This document shows, piece after piece, positions 50,903 through 56,205 of a DNA stretch of 56,205 nucleotides. The notes under the pieces were generated by a model. The model ran no database searches. It saw nothing but the letters and a program-made list of their open reading frames with translations, and was not told where the DNA came from. The position numbers and the translations under genes were made by a program. Positions within the stretch are counted from its first letter, which is position 1; each line of letters starts with the position of its first letter. This stretch comes from Prolixibacteraceae bacterium (GTDB lineage Bacteria > Bacteroidota > Bacteroidia > Bacteroidales > Prolixibacteraceae), in assembly GCA_007116765.1 (NCBI GenBank), contig SKHV01000088.1, forward strand, positions 1 to 56,205, given 5' to 3'.

Positions 50903-52762
50903 TTATTTTACAATTAAGCGGGCATATCCACCTCGTGGTATTTCGATAACAGCCACATCACGACGAAAACGTAAAGCACCTCTGTCAGAATATACTCCTT
51001 TGTGATCGTAAGTAATATAATCCACTCTACCGGTAGGTGTACCCTTAAAAGAAATATACGGATAATCGGATGAATTAATAATATCAGCCATTTCAAAATC
51101 GAAAAAACCTAAATCAAAAGGTTCTATCCGATTGTATACAGTTAAAATTTGTTTCATTTCGTTACCGGCAATAATAGCAGGATAACGTTCGGAAGGACTA
51201 TAGGCTTTAAAGTCGCTTTCAACCAAAAAACTCACATTCGACTTCCAGTATGAAATCCAAAACTTCAGCGTTTCATAAGTCTCCTGTGGCAGCGTATACG
51301 AGAAATAAGAAACATAAGGATTACTGTACATTACAGAATGGAACTTTTTAGCTACATCAATAGCCGGATCGCGCGGGTGAATTCCCATTACTTCCATAAA
51401 GGGAGAAAACTCTCCGTATAAAAGGCGGTTATTCACCATTTTTTCGCGAACATCGTTAAGCACCGAGGTTCCCAAAAAGCCGTTAACTGTTCGGGTATTT
51501 GAAGTGTGCAAAGGTCCAACAGGCCTGTAGCTTTGGTTAACTGAAAGGTCGGGCTTACGATCTAGCAGTTCGCCACCCATATAAATTCTTAATGAATCAA
51601 GAGCCTTACGCACCGAAACAAAGTCGCGCCCGGTATCGTCGGTAACAATCAAATGCTCATTTGGATAATATCCATTCAAAAAATCAAACCATATTCCATC
51701 CACATCCCACTCTTCTACAATACTGGAATACATTTCGGTAAGGTATTCTCTTACCTCGGGATATCGTATGTCGAGCACCGGCTGGCTAGAGGTCCTGTAT
51801 TGAAGGTATTTTCCATCGAAACGTTGAAAAACGTAATTATGAGCACCGATAAATGGATGCGTATACCAAAGTGAAACTTTCATATTCGCTTCTTTAGAGC
51901 GTTGTATAAAGTCTTTCACTATTGTAATTTCAGATGGATCCCAGGTTCCGTCTTTATCTACCTCGAAACGCACAACGTTTTGCCATCCATCGTCGAACAA
52001 TATTGAGCGAAAACCCATGTTCGAGATAGAATCGAAATAGTGAGTTACATTTTCAAGCGGAATATTACGATCCATTGGATACCACACTGAATAAACCGGC
52101 AATAACGACGCATCTACTCTTGTAATTGCCCTGCTTTCTTCTTTATCGAGCCTCCACTGCGACAAATCCCTTATACATGAAGAATAATTACTTTCCGAAA
52201 AATCGATTATAATTTGTGCATTGTATTCTAATATTTCGGCATCGGGGGCGGCATCGTTGAAGAAATTGAATACAAAAACGGTTGAGTCGGCCACTCTCCT
52301 TATATCGATTTGAGAAAACCTGCTTTCGAACTGATCGTGCATGGTAAATGTGGCACGGTTCTGGCTTTTATGATCGAGTACCGACACAATACTATAATCG
52401 GACTGCAAACGGGCATAATTTGCCTGTGTTATTTCCGATAAAGTTGACCATGTACGTGAATTCCACAGCGTATGAATTAATTTTTGGGGATAATTGTAAT
52501 GCAATTCAAATTTGGGTAACGACGAAGGAAAATCGGTATAAAGAGTTAAATTTATCAAATATCGTCCTTCTCCTAAAGTATCAACCCTTATTTCCTGATT
52601 GAAAGGTTGAATGTCGCCATGTAAAGACATCGCATTCATGTCGAAATCCACATTATCGTATTCTACCCTAGAGGTTTCGGGTATAATATCGTTAAAACCT
52701 TTAGGTGAACAGGAATAAATCCCTATTGCTAATAAAACTATATAAAGCGCCCTTTTCATCAT
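50903..52762 (-). CDS. Glycoside hydrolase family 36 (alpha-galactosidase-like) lipoprotein, atypical active site
   Basis: Lipobox IYSC; PVYSVWY, ILFDDGWQ, LWY.HPF, VLDIRYPEVREYL, DGIWFDF. ATG 52762/52759 preferred. Confidence 0.75.
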   Translation of the reverse strand: MMKRALYIVLLAIGIYSCSPKGFNDIIPETSRVEYDNVDFDMNAMSLHGDIQPFNQEIRVDTLGEGRYLINLTLYTDFPSSLPKFELHYNYPQKLIHTLWNSRTWSTLSEITQANYARLQSDYSIVSVLDHKSQNRATFTMHDQFESRFSQIDIRRVADSTVFVFNFFNDAAPDAEILEYNAQIIIDFSESNYSSCIRDLSQWRLDKEESRAITRVDASLLPVYSVWYPMDRNIPLENVTHYFDSISNMGFRSILFDDGWQNVVRFEVDKDGTWDPSEITIVKDFIQRSKEANMKVSLWYTHPFIGAHNYVFQRFDGKYLQYRTSSQPVLDIRYPEVREYLTEMYSSIVEEWDVDGIWFDFLNGYYPNEHLIVTDDTGRDFVSVRKALDSLRIYMGGELLDRKPDLSVNQSYRPVGPLHTSNTRTVNGFLGTSVLNDVREKMVNNRLLYGEFSPFMEVMGIHPRDPAIDVAKKFHSVMYSNPYVSYFSYTLPQETYETLKFWISYWKSNVSFLVESDFKAYSPSERYPAIIAGNEMKQILTVYNRIEPFDLGFFDFEMADIINSSDYPYISFKGTPTGRVDYITYDHKGVYSDRGALRFRRDVAVIEIPRGGYARLIVK

Positions 52763-52788
52763 TATTCTATCTATACAATACAACAGTA

Positions 52789-52796
52789 CAAAAATA
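52789..52796 (-). promoter_or_regulatory. -7 promoter element for the GH36/OmpA operon
   Basis: CAAAAATA on + reads TATTTTTG on -, 26 nt upstream of ATG 52762. Confidence 0.45.
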
Positions 52797-52993
52797 ACTG
52801 AATCGGTTAAAATTCAATCATTTATTATAATTTCCAACCCAACATTAACGCAAATCGCTAATCCTCTATAATGCAATACATTACACGAGTAACATTATTT
52901 TCTTCATAAATAAAACTTTACCACACAGCTTAATTTCACTAAATTAAGATATTTTGATAATCTCAGTTACAAAATATAAAAAAAAATTAAAAA

Positions 52994-53024
52994 ATTGTTG
53001 ATATAACAAGCTTTTATATTTTTG
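52994..53024 (+). promoter_or_regulatory. Promoter for the second tonB-like gene
   Basis: ATTG (52994-52997), 19-nt spacer, TATTTTTG (53017-53024). Confidence 0.5.
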
Positions 53025-53031
53025 TGCCAGC

Positions 53032-53748
53032 ATGTCGAAGATAAATAGACTATACAACAATCATAAAAACGGGATAATAATCACACTGATTTTTCACATC
53101 CTGATTTTTGTTGTGCTGAATATTAGCCAGTTCAATGTAAAACAATCACATGTTGAAGCTGAAATACTTATCGCCTTTGATGATTTTGAATTTGAACAAG
53201 CCGAAGACCAAATTGAGGAAACACAGCAAAATAAACAAGAAGCGCAGGTAAGTACACCGCACACCACAAATATTGCTTCAAATTTAGCGGCTAACGAGAC
53301 CAACGATTTTTTCGACGAGGACTATTTACGCGAACTTGAACAGGCTCAGAATTTAGTGCGCGATGTAAGCACCCAATTATCGCGCGAAATTCCAACTTTC
53401 AACGATATCCAAATACCCGAGGAAACTACCGAAGGTATGGATCCCGACTCAATTATGAATAAATTGTACAGCGGAAACAGCAACGTGGAATATTTTCTTG
53501 AAAACAGATACCATGTGAGACTGCCAATTCCGGTGTACCTGTCGCAACATGGAGGCAGAGTTAGGGTAAATATACTTGTTGATCGCAACGGACAGGTTAC
53601 AAAAGCTGAACCTGTAATTGAAACCAATACACCTGAGCAACTATTATCGTACGCTAAAACCGCCGCTTTGCGCACACGCTTTAATCCCTCAAATACAGCC
53701 GAAACACGCCAGCAAGGCTATATTATTTATACGTTTATTGCACAATAG
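53032..53748 (+). CDS. TonB-family energy transducer (second, orphan copy)
   Basis: TM anchor TLIFHILI, acidic linker, TonB C-terminal-like domain PVY...GRVRVNILVDRNGQV...QQGYIIYTF. Confidence 0.8.
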   Translation: MSKINRLYNNHKNGIIITLIFHILIFVVLNISQFNVKQSHVEAEILIAFDDFEFEQAEDQIEETQQNKQEAQVSTPHTTNIASNLAANETNDFFDEDYLRELEQAQNLVRDVSTQLSREIPTFNDIQIPEETTEGMDPDSIMNKLYSGNSNVEYFLENRYHVRLPIPVYLSQHGGRVRVNILVDRNGQVTKAEPVIETNTPEQLLSYAKTAALRTRFNPSNTAETRQQGYIIYTFIAQ

Positions 53749-53815
53749 TACACACCTAATTTTGTTAATTCAATGTAAAATAAAATACAGATTAACAAGT
53801 ATTAACAAAAAATAC

Positions 53816-53846
53816 TTTACAAATTTGTTTAACTGCCATATCTTTG
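53816..53846 (+). promoter_or_regulatory. Promoter for the candidate sRNA
   Basis: TTTA (53816-53819), 19-nt spacer, TATCTTTG (53839-53846). Confidence 0.55.
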
Positions 53847-53850
53847 TCTT

Positions 53851-53936
53851 AGGTTTATTTTTCATAGTTTTAGGTTTAGTTAGTTTAGTTAGCAATGAGA
53901 AAAGGATAGATTCTGTGTCTATCCTTTCTTTTTTTT
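53851..53936 (+). ncRNA. Candidate ~85-nt small RNA (U-rich single-stranded body plus terminator)
   Basis: Bounded by a TAnnTTTG element and a strong terminator; no + strand ORF of note; repeated TTAGGTTT/TTAGTT units. The 5' end is approximate. Confidence 0.6.
53897..53936 (+). terminator. Intrinsic terminator closing the candidate sRNA
   Basis: AAAGGATAGA-TTCTGTG-TCTATCCTTT 10-bp stem, then C and T8. Confidence 0.85.
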
Positions 53937-54062
53937 CGATAAAACTTAAACCACCTACTTTCTCAAATAAAATAGCATAAAATCTTCGCTCTTTTCTATA
54001 TATGTGACACATTATATTATTTTCGCAAATAATTAATGGATACACACTAGCACTTAATATCG

Positions 54063-54512
54063 ATGAATCAGAAATTTTTAATTGGACGAAAAGACATTGC
54101 TGATTTTCCTGAGTTACAATTAAATAATATTGCCGTAAAAATTGATACAGGAGCCTATACCTCATCGATACACTGCCACCATATTGAAGAAAAAGAAATA
54201 AACGGACAAAAAGCAATTTGTTTCGAATTGCTCGATCCACAGCACGAGGCCTACAACAACAAACAAATTACCTTAACACAATACAAACAAAAAAAAATTA
54301 AGAGCTCAACAGGGAATTCTGAAAAACGTTTCATAATTTACACGAGCATAGTCCTTTTTAATAAGGAATATCCAGTTGAATTATCATTAAGTGAAAGAAG
54401 TGAAATGAAATATCCCGTTTTACTTGGGCGCAAACTACTAAAAAACAATTTCATAGTTGACCCCTCGAAGGTAAATATTTCGTTTAGGCATAGTAATGAA
54501 TTGGAGAAATAA
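54063..54512 (+). CDS. RimK-associated putative protease (Zn_protease/RimB-like, retropepsin-type DTG motif)
   Basis: IGR, VKIDTGAYTSSIH, IKSSTG..EKR, RSEMKYPVLLGR; directly upstream of rimK. Confidence 0.88.
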   Translation: MNQKFLIGRKDIADFPELQLNNIAVKIDTGAYTSSIHCHHIEEKEINGQKAICFELLDPQHEAYNNKQITLTQYKQKKIKSSTGNSEKRFIIYTSIVLFNKEYPVELSLSERSEMKYPVLLGRKLLKNNFIVDPSKVNISFRHSNELEK

Positions 54513-54535
54513 CAACACATTAAAAAAATAAGATA

Positions 54536-55411
54536 GTGAGAATTGTAATTTTATCAAGAAATCCCAAACTATACTCAACCCGAAGACTTGTAGAAGCCGG
54601 AGAAGCCAGAGGTCATGAAATGCTCGTTGTCGATCATTCGAAATGCGATATAATAATTGAAAGAAAGAAACCTCAGGTATTTTACAACGGCGAAAGCATT
54701 ACCCATGTCGATGCAGTAATTCCACGTATTGGTGCATCGGTAACATTTTACGGTTCATCGGTGGTTCGTCAATTCGAAATGATGAAAGTATTCACGGCCA
54801 ACGAATCGCAGGCTCTTATACGTTCGCGCGACAAATTGCGCAGTTTGCAAATTTTATCGCGCGCAGGTTTAGGACTTCCCAAAACCGCATTTACCAATTA
54901 CTCGAAAGATGTTGACAGTGTGATTGAACACGTGGGTGGTGCCCCATGCATTATAAAACTATTAGAAGGCACACAGGGTGTAGGTGTTGTATTAACAGAA
55001 ACTCACAGTGCGGCAACTTCGGTACTCGAAGCTTTTCATGGTATGCAGGCTCGTGTAATTGTTCAAGAGTTTATAAAAGAAGCAAACGGAGCAGACATAA
55101 GGGCTTTTGTGGTCGACGGAGTAGTAGTGGGTGCAATGAAACGCCAGGGAAAAAAAGGAGAGTTTCGGTCGAATCTTCATCGTGGCGGCACAGCATCGTT
55201 TATTGAACTTAGCGAGGAAGAAGAGAACACCGCGCTAAAAGCAGTACGCGTTTTAGGGCTGGGCATTGCCGGTGTGGATATGTTACAATCGCAAAGTGGC
55301 CCCAAAATCATGGAGGTAAATTCGTCTCCGGGCCTCGAAGGCATTGAAAAAGCTACCGGAAACGACATCGCAAAAAGTATAATCCGATACATTGAACGAC
55401 ATGTAGATTAA
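54536..55411 (+). CDS. rimK: RimK-family alpha-L-glutamate ligase
   Basis: LYSTRRL..A...[59 protein letters not shown]; GTG start. Confidence 0.95.
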   Translation: MRIVILSRNPKLYSTRRLVEAGEARGHEMLVVDHSKCDIIIERKKPQVFYNGESITHVDAVIPRIGASVTFYGSSVVRQFEMMKVFTANESQALIRSRDKLRSLQILSRAGLGLPKTAFTNYSKDVDSVIEHVGGAPCIIKLLEGTQGVGVVLTETHSAATSVLEAFHGMQARVIVQEFIKEANGADIRAFVVDGVVVGAMKRQGKKGEFRSNLHRGGTASFIELSEEEENTALKAVRVLGLGIAGVDMLQSQSGPKIMEVNSSPGLEGIEKATGNDIAKSIIRYIERHVD

Positions 55412-55413
55412 AT

Positions 55414-56205
55414 ATGCTTATACTGGACAAAGAAATAAAACCCGGAAGCAGCGTGCAATTAAACATGGCAATTGCACGCCTGCATACACGTACTAAAATT
55501 GAAGTGCCGGTAATTATTGAACGTGCCGAAAAGCCAGGCCCCTGCTTGCTTTTAATCGGGGGCATTCATGGTAATGAAATAAACGGGGTAGAAATTGTAC
55601 GAACAATAGTTGCCCAAGGAATAAATAAACCCGATTGTGGAACCACTATTTGCATACCTGTACTAAACGTGTTTGGATTTCTAAACCAGCAACGCGAATT
55701 CCCCGATGGGCGCGACCTAAACCGTGTTTTTCCCGGTTCAGCCACAGGCTCATTGGCCAGCAGGTTTGCATACATTATGATGAAGGAAATAATTCCTCAT
55801 GTTGACTACTGCATTGATTATCATACCGGAGGCGACGGGCGCTTTAACTATCCCCAACTTAGAATTGAAGAAAACGACGAGGAAACGCTTACGCTTGCCA
55901 AAGTATTTGGAGTGAAATTCATAAAATTTGCCAAGCAAAGAGAAAAATCGTTCAGGGAAATTGCCAATAAAATGGGTGCTAAAATTCTTCTTTACGAGGG
56001 TGGAAAAACACTTTATCTCAATAAAAAAGTAAGCAATACAGGGGTACAAGGTGCCATCAATGTAATGAGTCATCTCGGCATGAGAGATTTTAGCGGCTAC
56101 ACTACATTCAAAGCAAAACCAAAAGAGCAAATAATCATTCAATCTTCGACCTGGATACGTGCAAAATATTCGGGCATGTTCCGCTCCTATATAAAATTGG
56201 GAAAA
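55414..56205 (+). CDS. Succinylglutamate desuccinylase/aspartoacylase (M14-like) family protein, truncated by the window end
   Basis: Not in the ORF track because it has no stop codon in the window. ATG 2 nt after the rimK stop; reads MLILDKEIKPG...GGIHGNEINGVE...RDLNRVFPG...IDYHTGG...YEGG. Confidence 0.9.
   Translation, partial: MLILDKEIKPGSSVQLNMAIARLHTRTKIEVPVIIERAEKPGPCLLLIGGIHGNEINGVEIVRTIVAQGINKPDCGTTICIPVLNVFGFLNQQREFPDGRDLNRVFPGSATGSLASRFAYIMMKEIIPHVDYCIDYHTGGDGRFNYPQLRIEENDEETLTLAKVFGVKFIKFAKQREKSFREIANKMGAKILLYEGGKTLYLNKKVSNTGVQGAINVMSHLGMRDFSGYTTFKAKPKEQIIIQSSTWIRAKYSGMFRSYIKLGK

Noticed and set aside
53618-54240. ORFs 53618-53980 (+) and full-length 53770-54240 (-)
   Set aside because: They overlap real genes, cross a terminator and have no recognisable domain; only the short ATG-53865 peptide is kept, as a low-confidence finding.
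886-56142. Numerous 60-160 aa ORFs antisense to or nested within the called genes
   Set aside because: Shadow ORFs of well-supported genes, with no motifs or independent expression signals.
1-56205. CRISPR arrays, tRNA/rRNA genes, IS elements, prophage or anti-phage defence genes
   Set aside because: No repeat-spacer pattern, cloverleaf, transposase, phage structural or recognisable defence domain seen by eye; intergenic gaps are short.

Overview
Chromosomal window from a Bacteroidota genome, most likely a Marinilabiliales/Prolixibacteraceae-like anaerobe. This is inferred from the short SigA-type sigma factor, TAnnTTTG -7 promoters, A-rich translation starts mostly without Shine-Dalgarno sequences, and a PorE-like OmpA protein. 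It opens with a six-gene chemosensory cluster (cheA-cheW-cheR-tandem receiver-cheD-cheB) with no chemoreceptor in view. The rest is mostly housekeeping and envelope genes: kbl, folE, Fe-ADH, arcC-argF, ftsK-lolA, aroQ, xerD, GTP-PEPCK, tamB, exbB-exbD-tonB-exosortase, tsaD, ftsE-like ATPase/TPR/OMP, gyrB, LOG, dapF, degP, rpoD, CDF, FKBP, glucuronokinase-like kinase-galU, ptb-buk, tatD-tcdA, a GH36-like lipoprotein, a second tonB, and a protease-rimK-deacylase triad cut by the window end. I saw no rRNA, tRNA, CRISPR array, IS or prophage. The best leads are: (1) a plant-glucuronokinase-like kinase translationally coupled to a GalU homologue; (2) an unannotated ~85-nt candidate sRNA with its own promoter and terminator whose core is antisense to a typical Bacteroidota start-codon context; (3) the receptor-less Che system and its pseudo-receiver/receiver protein; (4) an exosortase-family gene at the end of an ExbBD-TonB operon; (5) an integrase N-terminal-only gene with its own promoter and terminator; (6) a GH36 lipoprotein with an altered active site; (7) a probable non-AUG start for tamB. 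All family assignments come from motif recognition by eye; no searches were run.
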